Notes under the pieces: model-generated | The model's input: only the letters and a program-made list of their open reading frames with translations | The model's database searches: none | What the model was told of the DNA's origin: nothing | Assembly (NCBI GenBank): GCA_964221845.1 | Contig: CAXPZW010000055.1 | Location: 1,896 to 65,895 of the forward strand | Direction of reading: 5' to 3' | Source: Luminiphilus sp. | GTDB taxonomy: Bacteria > Bacteroidota > Bacteroidia > Flavobacteriales_D > Sanyastnellaceae | DNA length: 64,000 bases | Program-made: the position numbers and the translations under genes | Shown: in pieces, positions 1 to 9,714 of the stretch | How positions within the stretch are numbered: the stretch's first letter is position 1 | Layout of the letters: each line of letters opens with the position of its first letter

Positions 1-1
1 G

Positions 2-1294
2 CTCAAAAACCGCGAGGGGCAGCTCTCCAAGCAGCTTGAACAAAACAAGCGCAAGGAAAAGGAACTTGACAATCAAAAAAACAACCTCAACCAGAAGTTG
101 GACGCGGTAGATAAGAAGAAAAAAGACCTCGATAAACAACACGCCAAAAGCGTGCAACTGCTGGAGGACGTCTCGGGAATGAACGCCGAAGATGCCAAGG
201 CTGCCCTGATGGAAGAATTGCGAGACGACGCCCGACAGCAAGCGTCCATTCAAATGCAAGAGATCATCGATGAGGCCAAGCTCAAGGCTAACACCGAAGC
301 CAAGAAAATCGTCATCCAGAGCATCCAACGTGTGGCCACCGAGGAGGCGATTGAGAACTCGGTTTCGGTCTTCAACATCGAGAACGACGACATCAAGGGC
401 CGCATCATCGGCCGCGAGGGACGCAACATCCGCGCCTTGGAAGCCGCTACCGGTGTGGAGATCATTGTAGACGACACCCCCGAGGCCATCATCCTGAGCT
501 GCTTTGACCCGGTCCGCCGCGAGGTGGCCCGTCTGAGCCTGCACCAACTGGTGACCGACGGCCGCATCCACCCTGCCCGCATTGAGGAAGTGGTGAACAA
601 GGTGCGCAAGAACATCGAGCAAGAGATCATGGAAATCGGCAAGCGCACCACCGTTGATTTGGGCGTGCACGGGTTGAACTCCAACCTGATCCGCATGGTG
701 GGCCGCATGAAGTACCGCTCTTCGTACGGACAAAACCTGCTCAAGCACAGCCGCGAGGTGGCGAACCTCTGCGCGGTGATGGCTTCAGAACTCGGCCTCA
801 ACCCAAAAGCCGCCAAACGCGCAGGTCTGCTGCACGACATTGGCAAGGTGAGCGATGAGGAAAGCGAGTTGCCGCACGCTATCCTTGGCGCCAAGCTCTG
901 CGAGAAGTACGGCGAGAAGCCGGACGTCGTGAACGCAGTAGGCGCCCACCACGATGAAATTGAAATGACCGCTTTGATCTCTCCCATCGTACAGGTGTGC
1001 GACGCCATCTCAGGCGCCCGCCCAGGTGCCCGTCGCGAGGTGGTGGAGAGCTACATCAAGCGCCTCCAAGACTTGGAAAACCTCGCCATGGATTACCCCG
1101 GCGTGACCAAGTCCTACGCCATCCAAGCAGGGCGCGAGCTGCGCGTGCTGGTGGAGAGCGAAAAAGTCAGCGACGAACAAGCCGATTCACTCAGCTTTGA
1201 CATCTCACAGAAAATCCAGAACGAGATGACCTACCCTGGTCAAGTGAAGGTGACTGTGATCCGCGAAAAACGTGCGGTGAACTACGCGCGTTAA
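2..1294 (+). CDS. rny: Ribonuclease Y (KH + HD domain), 5'-truncated at window edge; frame 2 stays open back to position 2 with the coiled-coil N-terminal region
   Basis: KH-domain [15 protein letters not shown] and HD-domain motifs ([15 protein letters not shown]); ORF 98..1294 continues upstream with no stop. Confidence 0.85.
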   Translation, partial: LKNREGQLSKQLEQNKRKEKELDNQKNNLNQKLDAVDKKKKDLDKQHAKSVQLLEDVSGMNAEDAKAALMEELRDDARQQASIQMQEIIDEAKLKANTEAKKIVIQSIQRVATEEAIENSVSVFNIENDDIKGRIIGREGRNIRALEAATGVEIIVDDTPEAIILSCFDPVRREVARLSLHQLVTDGRIHPARIEEVVNKVRKNIEQEIMEIGKRTTVDLGVHGLNSNLIRMVGRMKYRSSYGQNLLKHSREVANLCAVMASELGLNPKAAKRAGLLHDIGKVSDEESELPHAILGAKLCEKYGEKPDVVNAVGAHHDEIEMTALISPIVQVCDAISGARPGARREVVESYIKRLQDLENLAMDYPGVTKSYAIQAGRELRVLVESEKVSDEQADSLSFDISQKIQNEMTYPGQVKVTVIREKRAVNYAR

Positions 1295-1317
1295 GTGCGA
1301 ACGCAAAACGCATCTTG

Positions 1318-1350
1318 GAAGCCCTGCTCAATCGAGCGGGGCTTTTTTTA
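1318..1350 (+). terminator. Rho-independent terminator after rny (GC stem followed by T7)
   Basis: agccctgctcaatcgagcggggc hairpin followed by ttttttta. Confidence 0.5.
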
Positions 1351-1560
1351 TGGGCATTTGCAAAGCCCCTTGCACAAAAGACTTGCACTTGCACTTCCAC
1401 TTGCACTCGCCTACCCCCATTTGACGCCAGCAGTCTGACCGCCCCGCGCCAGCCATTTTGCATTTTGCATTCTGCATTTTGCATTTCCCCCCTTGCACTA
1501 ACCCCGTGCACTTCCACTTGCACTCTCCTGTTTCTTCCGATCTTAGCTGACGCTTTCATC
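1350..1560. repeat. TTGCAC(T)/TGCATTT-rich composite repeat element (copy 1)
   Basis: cacttgcacttccacttgcact, cattttgcattttgcattctgcattttgcattt and ccttgcactaa units; related copy at 62650..62940. Confidence 0.6.
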
Positions 1561-1577
1561 CTTCGAACCTTCTTCTC

Positions 1578-2678
1578 GTGCACCTCGCCCACCTCAGTCT
1601 TGTCAACTTCAAAAACTACCACCAAGGGGAATTCGACTTTTCGTCGGATGTGAATTGCTTGGTGGGGGACAATGGGTCGGGGAAGACGACGGTGTTGGAT
1701 GCGGTGCATTACTTGAGCTTTTGCAAGAGCTACTTCAACCCGATGGACAGCCAAAACGTGCGGCACGGGGAGGATTTCTTTGTGATTCAGGGGGATTTTG
1801 AGGTGGATGGTGAGACCGACAAAGTGCATTGCGGGGTGAAGCCCGGTCAGAAGAAATCCTTCAAGCGCAACGGCAAGGAATACGACCGGCTGGCCGAGCA
1901 TATTGGGCGGTTTCCGGCGGTGATCATCACGCCCAACGACGCGGATTTGATTCGCGAGGGCAGCGAGGTGCGTCGCAAGTTCATCAACGGGATCATCAGC
2001 CAGTACAACCGGGCCTACCTGCACGATGTGATGCAGTACAACAAGGCCCTGAGCCAGCGGAACAACCTGCTCAAGCACTTCTTTGCCGAGCGCCGCTTTG
2101 AAGCGGAGAGCTTGGAGATCTGGGACGTACAACTGGCGGAGTTGGGCGACCGCATTGCCGCCGAGCGTGCGAAGTTTATGGCCGAGTTCCAACCGCTGTT
2201 TGCGGAGTTTTATGCCGCGATCTCGGGAGGAAACGAAACGTGTAGTGTAGCCCTCAACACCAAAGTGGGTGAGCAGACCATGGGGCAACTCTTGGCCGCT
2301 TCTCAGCACAAAGACCGCTCTGCCCAGCGCACCACCCAAGGCATCCACCGCGACGATTTGGAACTGCTCATCGATGGGCATCCGGTCAAGAAATTCGGCA
2401 GCCAAGGCCAGCAGAAGTCGCTGTTGATTGCGTTGAAACTCGCGCAGTTTGAATTCGTGAAGGCTGCCTGTGGCCGCAAGCCCTTGCTCCTGCTCGACGA
2501 CATCTTCGACAAGATCGACGACAAGCGCGTGGGCTACCTCATGCAGCTGGTCAGCGAAAACCGCTTTGGCCAAATCTTCGTCACCGATACCCACGCCCGC
2601 CGCGTGCCCGAACTCTTTGGCCATGTGGACTGCGAACTCCGTATCTTCGAAATCACCCCCGAAACTACCGGAATATGA
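1578..2678 (+). CDS. recF: DNA replication/repair protein RecF (GTG start)
   Basis: N-terminal Walker A GDNGSGKTTVLDA, C-terminal LLLDDIFDKID signature. Confidence 0.85.
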   Translation: MHLAHLSLVNFKNYHQGEFDFSSDVNCLVGDNGSGKTTVLDAVHYLSFCKSYFNPMDSQNVRHGEDFFVIQGDFEVDGETDKVHCGVKPGQKKSFKRNGKEYDRLAEHIGRFPAVIITPNDADLIREGSEVRRKFINGIISQYNRAYLHDVMQYNKALSQRNNLLKHFFAERRFEAESLEIWDVQLAELGDRIAAERAKFMAEFQPLFAEFYAAISGGNETCSVALNTKVGEQTMGQLLAASQHKDRSAQRTTQGIHRDDLELLIDGHPVKKFGSQGQQKSLLIALKLAQFEFVKAACGRKPLLLLDDIFDKIDDKRVGYLMQLVSENRFGQIFVTDTHARRVPELFGHVDCELRIFEITPETTGI

Positions 2679-2968
2679 AGCGCGATCGAGACCACAAAGC
2701 CGTAGGCGACGTCCTGGGCAACCTCCTGAAAATCAACAAACTTGAAAGCGGATACCGCCAGGCAGAAGTGCGCGCAGCCTGGACCACTGTGGTGGGCGAC
2801 ACCATCGCCAACAAAACCCGCTCGGTCCGACTCGACGGGGCTACCCTGCGCGTACAGATCGACTCGGGCGTGGTGAAAGAGGAATTCTCCCTCAGCAAAG
2901 ACCGCCTGCTGGAACTGCTCAACGAGGAACTCAAGCATGCTGTGGTGCGCAAGCTGGAGATCTACTGA
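2675..2968 (+). CDS. DUF721 (DciA-like) small protein, 4-bp overlap with recF
   Basis: 97 aa; conserved recF-DUF721 gene order in Bacteroidota; ATGA start/stop overlap. Confidence 0.6.
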   Translation: MKRDRDHKAVGDVLGNLLKINKLESGYRQAEVRAAWTTVVGDTIANKTRSVRLDGATLRVQIDSGVVKEEFSLSKDRLLELLNEELKHAVVRKLEIY

Positions 2969-3178
2969 AAACCGGCAGCTGTCAAGGGCATCCACAAACC
3001 CAACTCCACCAGCTACAAAGTCAAACGCACATGCGGTTGGAAGGGGGAGCGAAAATCCGGAGCTTTCACGCGTTCGCTTGGCGAGCAGAGTGGTGGTGGC
3101 GGGGGCGGGAGGGCCGGGAAGCCCACGGGAGGGAACCCGGCGCGCCTGAAGAAAACACCCTTTCGTCACCGAGCAGCA

Positions 3179-3751
3179 TCACCGCTCATCCACCCATCGA
3201 AACGTCAAATTGAACCGCTCCCCCACAGCCTTCTTGGTCTTGGGCAGCTGGTGCTTCCAAGCGGTCTGCAAATGCCACATCAACAGCAAATCTCCGTGGG
3301 CCAAGTCCACCGATACTAAAGTCCCTCCTTCAACCGGCTTGACCGAAAACCGCCGCGTGGCTCCCACTGAAATACTGGCCACCAAGGTCTGGTCAATCTC
3401 AGGCTCATTGTCACGGTGCCAGCCCATGCCATCGGCACCGGTGCGGTAGTGATTGAGCAACACCGCGTTCAAGGGACGACTCGTCAACGATTGAATGCGG
3501 CTGGAAAGGACGTCCAGATTTTCGGGCAACCCCTGCGGTTCCCATGAGATGTTGGAATAAGTGTACGCCGGGCCGTACCAGGCGGTCAAGCGCGGTTCAT
3601 CCAACCAGTTGCCAAACATGCGGATGCGGTTTTGGCGGGTCGGTGAAGCTTGGAGGTCAGCGAGCAAGTGATCGGCCTCATTCTGGGTCAACCAACCGGG
3701 GTAATGCTCCAAGCGGGAAATCCCCGCATCGATCAGCACACGCGGGCTCAC
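3179..3751 (-). CDS. alkB: Alpha-ketoglutarate-dependent dioxygenase AlkB family (2OG-Fe(II) oxygenase); likely GTG start overlapping the upstream stop (GTGA)
   Basis: NHYRTGADGMGWHRDNE, HGDLLLM and FNLTFR motifs typical of AlkB; table ORF extends to 3871 but overlaps the upstream gene by 123 bp, so the internal GTG at 3751 is preferred. Confidence 0.65.
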   Translation of the reverse strand: MSPRVLIDAGISRLEHYPGWLTQNEADHLLADLQASPTRQNRIRMFGNWLDEPRLTAWYGPAYTYSNISWEPQGLPENLDVLSSRIQSLTSRPLNAVLLNHYRTGADGMGWHRDNEPEIDQTLVASISVGATRRFSVKPVEGGTLVSVDLAHGDLLLMWHLQTAWKHQLPKTKKAVGERFNLTFRWVDER

Positions 3752-4719
3752 AAAACCAAAGTGAGGATGTAGGTCACATATATGGCCAACAGCAGCGCGC
3801 CTTTCCATCGGGTGATTTTCCGCCCGAAGACCATGAGCGGCAGCAGGATGGCCGCAATGCCCAGCATCCAAAGCATGTCGAACTGGATGACATTTTCGCC
3901 TACAGTCAGCGGCTTGGCGGTGGCAGTGATGCCCAACACACAGAAGATGTTGAAGATGTTTGAGCCCACCAGATTACCGATGGAAATGTCTGTTTGCTGG
4001 CGGTAGGCCGCAACGGCACTGGCCGCGAGCTCAGGAACACTGGTGCCAAATGCCACCACAGTGACGCCCACCACGTGTTTGGAAATGCCCAGGTCGTACG
4101 CAATGTTAACCGCGCCTTGCACAAACCACTCAGAGCCGTAGTACAACCCCACACAGCCCAATGCCACCAGGCCCAAGAGCAGCGCGTAGGATTTTTGACC
4201 GTAGGTGCCGTAACCGTCGACCTCGTCTTGGTTTTCAGGATCATTGCTCTTGAGGACGTCGGACTTTTTTCGTCTGCGAGACTGAACCACCAGATAGGTT
4301 ATAAAGCCGATGAGCGACAGGACGAATACGATGCCATCCACAAGCCCAAGAGTACCGTCGTATCCGAGGGCAAAAAAGAGCGCTGAGGCGATCATCATCA
4401 CCGGCCAATCCCGGCGGACCAAGTCTTCATCAACGGCAATGGGGAAGATCAGCGCAGTAATCCCGAGCACCAACCCCAGGTTGGCGATGTTGCTGCCCAG
4501 CACGTTGCCCACCGCAATTTCGGAGTCGCCTTGGAGCGCGGCTTGCAGGCTGGCAAAGAGTTCTGGGCTGGAGGTGCCGAGCGAGACCACGGTCAAACCC
4601 ACTACCAAGGGCGAAATGCTTGCTTTGAGCGCCATGCCCGCAGCTCCGCGAACCAGCACCTCACCGGCGGCAATCAACAGGGCAAAGCCCCCGAGCAATA
4701 AGAGTAGATTCATGGGCAC
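3748..4719 (-). CDS. Na+/Ca2+ exchanger (CaCA family, YrbG-like) with two alpha-repeats
   Basis: Duplicated GNxxGSNIxNxxxVLG motifs and about 10 TM segments. Confidence 0.75.
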   Translation of the reverse strand: MPMNLLLLLGGFALLIAAGEVLVRGAAGMALKASISPLVVGLTVVSLGTSSPELFASLQAALQGDSEIAVGNVLGSNIANLGLVLGITALIFPIAVDEDLVRRDWPVMMIASALFFALGYDGTLGLVDGIVFVLSLIGFITYLVVQSRRRKKSDVLKSNDPENQDEVDGYGTYGQKSYALLLGLVALGCVGLYYGSEWFVQGAVNIAYDLGISKHVVGVTVVAFGTSVPELAASAVAAYRQQTDISIGNLVGSNIFNIFCVLGITATAKPLTVGENVIQFDMLWMLGIAAILLPLMVFGRKITRWKGALLLAIYVTYILTLVL

Positions 4720-4725
4720 GTGTCC

Positions 4726-4944
4726 TTAAGACGACGAATCGTCGGACTCGATGTTACGTTTGAAATCTTCCGCACCCCGCCGCACATCATTGGTGTTGTC
4801 CATGATTTCACGCTGGATGTCTGAGGTGGCCTCTCTGAAGGAGCGCACGGCCCGTCCCATGGTGCGCGCAAGGCTAGGGATGCCCTTGGCTCCGAAGAAC
4901 ATCAAGTAGACCAAAAAGATGACGATGATTTCTGTTGCGCCCAT
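4726..4944 (-). CDS. tatA: Twin-arginine translocase subunit TatA/E
   Basis: N-terminal TM helix then FGAKGIPSLARTMGRAVRSFREA amphipathic helix; start taken at MGATEII. Confidence 0.7.
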   Translation of the reverse strand: MGATEIIVIFLVYLMFFGAKGIPSLARTMGRAVRSFREATSDIQREIMDNTNDVRRGAEDFKRNIESDDSSS

Positions 4945-5059
4945 GCGGAATTGTCTCGGCAAAAATACGACAATGCACCCGCGTGGCTGTTCACATTGGG
5001 GTGGTCAAAACTTCGGTGTTTTCCACCATGGGCGTGGTGTCGCGGGCTACCTTCACGGC

Positions 5060-5572
5060 ATGCGAATTTTCCTCACTGGATACATGGGCTCGGGCAAATC
5101 CACCGCCGGAGCTGAGTTGGCCGAAGTCATGAACCTCGCCTTCGTGGACCTCGACGATTGGATCGAAGAACACAGCGGGCTCACCATCAGCCAGTGGTTC
5201 AGTGAGTTGGGAGAAGATGAATTTCGCCTCGAAGAAGCCTACCAGCTCGAACAAGTCATCGAACTCTACCCCAACGCCGTGATCGCCACCGGAGGCGGCA
5301 CACCTTGCTTCCAAGACAATTTTGCCAAGATGCAGGAGGCCGGAATCACCGTGTACCTGCAGTGGTCACAACAGGACTTGTTCAAGAATTTGAAGGGAGC
5401 TGCAGCGCACCGCCCGTTGTTGAGCGGGAAGTCCGATGAAGACATTCGCACCTTCATTGCCGAACATTTGCCCAAGCGCGAGCCGCAGTATTTGCTGAGC
5501 GAATTTGTGGTGGATGCCAAAAACACCTCCATGCAGGAGCTGTCGGGCATGTTGGACGATCACTCCAAGTAA
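5060..5572 (+). CDS. aroK: Shikimate kinase
   Basis: MRIFLTGYMGSGKST P-loop at internal Met 48 of the table ORF; the upstream part of the ORF is antisense to tatA. Confidence 0.8.
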   Translation: MRIFLTGYMGSGKSTAGAELAEVMNLAFVDLDDWIEEHSGLTISQWFSELGEDEFRLEEAYQLEQVIELYPNAVIATGGGTPCFQDNFAKMQEAGITVYLQWSQQDLFKNLKGAAAHRPLLSGKSDEDIRTFIAEHLPKREPQYLLSEFVVDAKNTSMQELSGMLDDHSK

Positions 5573-6060
5573 GCCGCTTCCTCGGCCACGCCGAGTTCCA
5601 CGTTGACGTGCTCTTTCAAGTTGGTGCTCAAGGTGAGCCCCACGTACGTCGCCCGAATCGGGAAGGTGCGGTGAATGCGATCCACCAACGTGGCAATCGC
5701 CAGTTTTCGCGGATTGGATTGCAACAAATACCCGCTGGAGTACATCAGGGTTTTGCCGCTGTTGAGCACGTCGTCCACCAGGATGATCACCTTGTTTTTC
5801 ATGGCCTTGAAGTCCCCGTCAAAGTCCATGCCTTCGGTCCAGGGCTTGTCTTTGTTGAGGGCGATGGAGCGCAGCACGATTTCCGCGTTGGAAATGGCGC
5901 GGAGCTCTTGGGCCAAACGCTCGGCCACACGGTATCCCTGTGGGCGCACACCTACAAGAAATAGGGTTTTGTCCTTGTAGTGGTCCTCGTTAATTTGGTG
6001 GGCGATACGACGCAGCTTTTGCTCGATTTCGCGGGCCGTCAGGATGCGGGTGCGTTTCAT
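5560..6060 (-). CDS. Type I phosphoribosyltransferase, PyrR-like (166 aa)
   Basis: PRPP-binding motif VIILVDDVLNSGKT; start at MKRTRILT; the long table ORF upstream is an open-frame artefact. Confidence 0.6.
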   Translation of the reverse strand: MKRTRILTAREIEQKLRRIAHQINEDHYKDKTLFLVGVRPQGYRVAERLAQELRAISNAEIVLRSIALNKDKPWTEGMDFDGDFKAMKNKVIILVDDVLNSGKTLMYSSGYLLQSNPRKLAIATLVDRIHRTFPIRATYVGLTLSTNLKEHVNVELGVAEEAAYLE

Positions 6061-6154
6061 GCCGATGGTTTGGGCCGAAGGTAGCAAATCAACCCGTGCA
6101 CCAAAGGTGTATCGGCGCCTGTGATCTTCGAGCGAAGCGCTTTGCGTACATTCG

Positions 6155-9100
6155 TTGTCCACCTTGATGAAGCTTATGAGATCGCTGACTTTGTGCATGG
6201 CTCTGCTCGCGCTGAGCACCGCTTTGGGCGCCCAAATCCTCGGAGAACCCGTGGTGTATTGGGATTTCGCCGAAGGCATCCCCGCAGGATTTACCAACGA
6301 AGGACTCGGCGGTGCCGATTGGGAGTACCGTGGCCCCGACACCACCCCCGACAATACCGTGTGTTCACAGGGCGCCTGTGGCGTGGGGTCCGAACCCATT
6401 GAATCGCTGACGGCCGCCAACGGCTTTTTGATCTTCGATTCGGCATGGTGGGATGACAACGTGGGCGGATGCTCGGGCGGAGGCGGCCCGGTGGAAGCGC
6501 CGCACGACGCAGTGCTGACTACCCCTGCTGTAGACCTTTCCGGGGCAGACAACTTGGTGTTTACCTGGCAACAGTACTTCAAGCACTACCAAAACTCTTC
6601 CACCGTATCCATCAGTATAGACGGTGGCGAAAACTGGACCCTGCTTCACGACAACGGCGGCTGGTATGAGTTCAGCGAGTTGGATGAGTGGGTGTCCATC
6701 AACATCACCGACCTGGTGGCCGTGGACCCCACCAACGTTTCTTTCCGCTTCCAATTCATCGGCAACCACTACTGGTGGTGCATCGACGACATTGCCGTGT
6801 ACAGCCCCAACGACAACGACATGCAGTTGATCAGCGCGGGGTATACCAACTTCGATTTCAACCAAGAGCCCGACGGCTACGGCGACATTCCCTACCACGT
6901 GTATCCGGCCAACATGCTCTCGCCGATCAACTTGAAGGGCCGCGCCCAAAACATCGGGGGCTTTGAGCAAACCAACGTGGGAATGCAATTTGTCATGACC
7001 CGCGACGGCGAGGTGGTCGTAGACAACACCGACGAAACCCCTTCTGCAGCTTCGGGCAGCATCAAGAACTTTTCCCTTTCTCCGTATAACCCTCCGGGCG
7101 TGGGCGATTACCACATCACCTACGACGTCTACCAAGACCAAGTCGACGACAACCTGGACAACAACAGCGCCGAGCTTGACTTCCAAGTGCACCCGCACCA
7201 ATACGCCCAAGATGAAGGCGTGATGGAAAGCCAATACCTGGGGATCTCGTTGTACGAAAACAGTGCCTTTGAAATGGGGAACCTGTTTCAATCGCGCGCG
7301 GCAGGTTACATCATCCACTCGGTGGGTGTGGCCTTGGGCGACTCCACCACGGTAGGCACCACCATCACCGGTAAGGTGTATGACCGCGATGACGCCGAAG
7401 TGCTGCTGGGAGAATCTGCCCCCTACACCGTAAATGCCTGGGACCTGAACAGCGTAGGCGACAGCAAATGGGTATGGCTCCCGCTGGAAACACCGGTAGT
7501 CACCTTTGACACGACCCTCTATTGGGGTGTCGTGGCCCACGAAGGCGGACTCGAACGCGCGCGGATTGGGCAGAGCGGTGTGCCTCCCATCGAGGTCACC
7601 CTGCTGGACTACCCGGCCGAAAACCAGTTGTTCTACATGCCTACCACGCCTATGGTACGCTTGGGTTGGTTCTCTGCCGATGATGTGCCCGGTTGCACCG
7701 ATGAAACCGCGGACAACTACGACGCTTCGGCCAACGTGGACGACAGCTCGTGTCGCTATTCGGGCTGTACGTTTGCCGACGCCATCAACTTTGATCCCGA
7801 CGCCAACTTCGACGACGGCTCGTGCTTGTTTGCAGGCTGCACCGATCCCGAAGCCGACAACTACGACCCAGAAGCCGTAGAAGACGATGGCAGTTGCGAA
7901 TACCTCGGCTGCACCGATCCAGAAGCGGCCAACTACGACCCAGAGGCCGACACCGACGACGGCAGTTGCGAATACCTGGGGTGCACCGATCCTGAAGCCG
8001 ACAACTACGATGCGCAAGCCAATGTGGACGACGGCAGTTGCGAATACTTGGGCTGCACCGACCCCGAAGCCGACAACTACGACACCACGGCCAACGTGGA
8101 CGACGGCAGCTGTGAATACTTTGGGTGCACCAACCCCAATGCCGACAACTACGATCCTGACGCCAACGTGGACGACGGTACGTGCATCGTGTCTGGCTGC
8201 ACTGACCCAGAAGCGGACAACTACGACCCCGAGGCCAACAACGAGGACGGCACCTGCATCTACCTGGGCTGCACCGACCCCGAGGCCGACAACTACGACC
8301 CGGGCGCCAACCAAGACGACGGCATGTGCGAATACTGGGGCTGTACCGATCCCAACGCACTCAACTACGATCCCGAAGCCAACACCAACGACGGCACTTG
8401 CGAATACAGCGAGGCCTTCTTCAGCGTGGACCAAGACTTTGGCTGCGGCAGTTTGACCGTTATGGTCAACAACCAAACCGTTGGCACTGAGGCCGGTGCG
8501 TGCAGCTTCAACATGGGCGACGGCACGGTGATCGATTCGTGTGACACCCCGTTTGAATACACCTACTCCGACCTTGGAGAGTACACCATCACCTACACCT
8601 TTGTGGTGAGCGATGTGGTGAGTGAATACAGCCTGACGGTCAATGTTTACCCCGAGGCCATCACTCCAGAAGTGACGTGGGACATGGACACCGGAGAGCT
8701 GAGCTGCACCAACTGTGCCGGCGACGAGACCTTCTCTTGGCAATCAGGTGAGGTGGAATTGGGCGCGGAAAGTATCTATGCTCCAGAAGCAGACGGCGAT
8801 TACACCTTGGTGATCACCAACGGCAACGGATGCGTGGGCACAAGCGCCCCGTTCACCGTGACCTTTGGTTGTTTGGATCCGTTTGCGGTGAACTACAACG
8901 CCGAGGCCAACGCCAATGCGGAGGACTGCACCTACCCCGAAGCTTCGTTCGATGTCACCCCTACCGAAGGCTGTCCTGAACTGGAGGTCACCGTGACCAA
9001 CACCACCACCTTGACCGGCGGCTCCTGCCTCTGGGATTTTGGTGATGAGGCCATCCCCATGGAGAATTGCGACGGTACGGTCACCTACACCTACAGCGGT

Positions 9101-9655
9101 TCAGGTGCGTTTACCATCACCTACACCTACACCGCCGGGGACTGGACGTCTACTGCTACCGCAGACATCATTGTGTACCCACCGGCGATCACCCCTTCGA
9201 TTGCCTACAACACCGATACCGGCGAGTTGAGTTGCACGAACTGCACAGGCGACGAGACGGCCGCATGGACCCTCAATGGTGATCCTGTAGGAGGCGATGC
9301 GCTCACCTGGAACCCGAGCGAAGACGGCGAATACCAACTCACCATCACCGATGCAAACGGGTGCCAAGGCACCAGCGCAGTATTGCCTGTGATTGTCATT
9401 GGTGTAGGTGAACTCGAGGCGGGCCAATTGGTGCTGTACCCCAACCCGGTGAACGACCTGTTGTACGTACGCACACTTGCGGCCCAAGGCGCCCTTGTGC
9501 TGACCGACTTGCAAGGACGCACCGTTGTTCCCGGACGTTTGGCTACTGCGCAGTTGCAGCAGTTTGACGTTTCAGCATTGGCGGCCGGTACTTACCTGTT
9601 GGTGTGGAATACACCCACCGAACGCAGCGTGACGCGCGTGGTGGTTGGACACTAA
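6155..9655 (+). CDS. T9SS type-A CTD cargo protein (1166 aa): signal peptide, choice-of-anchor-J/MAM-like N-terminal domain, 10 x 24-aa Cys/Asp repeats, two PKD/SprB-like modules, Por C-terminal sorting domain
   Basis: Signal MKLMRSLTLCMALLALSTALGAQ; C-terminus LVLYPNPVNDLLYV...GTYLLVW type-A CTD. Confidence 0.7.
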   Translation: MSTLMKLMRSLTLCMALLALSTALGAQILGEPVVYWDFAEGIPAGFTNEGLGGADWEYRGPDTTPDNTVCSQGACGVGSEPIESLTAANGFLIFDSAWWDDNVGGCSGGGGPVEAPHDAVLTTPAVDLSGADNLVFTWQQYFKHYQNSSTVSISIDGGENWTLLHDNGGWYEFSELDEWVSINITDLVAVDPTNVSFRFQFIGNHYWWCIDDIAVYSPNDNDMQLISAGYTNFDFNQEPDGYGDIPYHVYPANMLSPINLKGRAQNIGGFEQTNVGMQFVMTRDGEVVVDNTDETPSAASGSIKNFSLSPYNPPGVGDYHITYDVYQDQVDDNLDNNSAELDFQVHPHQYAQDEGVMESQYLGISLYENSAFEMGNLFQSRAAGYIIHSVGVALGDSTTVGTTITGKVYDRDDAEVLLGESAPYTVNAWDLNSVGDSKWVWLPLETPVVTFDTTLYWGVVAHEGGLERARIGQSGVPPIEVTLLDYPAENQLFYMPTTPMVRLGWFSADDVPGCTDETADNYDASANVDDSSCRYSGCTFADAINFDPDANFDDGSCLFAGCTDPEADNYDPEAVEDDGSCEYLGCTDPEAANYDPEADTDDGSCEYLGCTDPEADNYDAQANVDDGSCEYLGCTDPEADNYDTTANVDDGSCEYFGCTNPNADNYDPDANVDDGTCIVSGCTDPEADNYDPEANNEDGTCIYLGCTDPEADNYDPGANQDDGMCEYWGCTDPNALNYDPEANTNDGTCEYSEAFFSVDQDFGCGSLTVMVNNQTVGTEAGACSFNMGDGTVIDSCDTPFEYTYSDLGEYTITYTFVVSDVVSEYSLTVNVYPEAITPEVTWDMDTGELSCTNCAGDETFSWQSGEVELGAESIYAPEADGDYTLVITNGNGCVGTSAPFTVTFGCLDPFAVNYNAEANANAEDCTYPEASFDVTPTEGCPELEVTVTNTTTLTGGSCLWDFGDEAIPMENCDGTVTYTYSGSGAFTITYTYTAGDWTSTATADIIVYPPAITPSIAYNTDTGELSCTNCTGDETAAWTLNGDPVGGDALTWNPSEDGEYQLTITDANGCQGTSAVLPVIVIGVGELEAGQLVLYPNPVNDLLYVRTLAAQGALVLTDLQGRTVVPGRLATAQLQQFDVSALAAGTYLLVWNTPTERSVTRVVVGH
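7691..8410 (+). repeat. Ten in-register 72-bp tandem repeats (encode GCTDPEADNYDPEANVDDGSCEYL units)
   Basis: Direct reading; units 70-90% identical at nucleotide level. Confidence 0.85.
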
Positions 9656-9714
9656 TTTGAAGGGCTAAGCCACCATTTAGGTCTTGGTTGTGTACCTTAG
9701 GTAGTACCGCTGCT

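Noticed and set aside
1350-1560. Possible CRISPR array (short repeated units)
   Set aside because: Units are irregular in length and spacing, there are no uniform spacers, and there are no cas genes.
1315-1653. 112-aa ORF spanning the TTGCACT repeat region
   Set aside because: The translation (TCTCTSTCT, CISPLALTPCTSTCT) is a low-complexity read of the repeat, not a protein.
1191-2624. 477-aa minus-strand ORF antisense to recF. Similar long antisense ORFs occur at 6365..8743, 10598..12337, 13747..15642, 21154..23094, 29668..30750, 39081..39983 and 57779..59401.
   Set aside because: High GC gives long stop-free antisense frames. The translations are Arg/Gly/Val/His-rich with no motifs and fully overlap well-supported genes.
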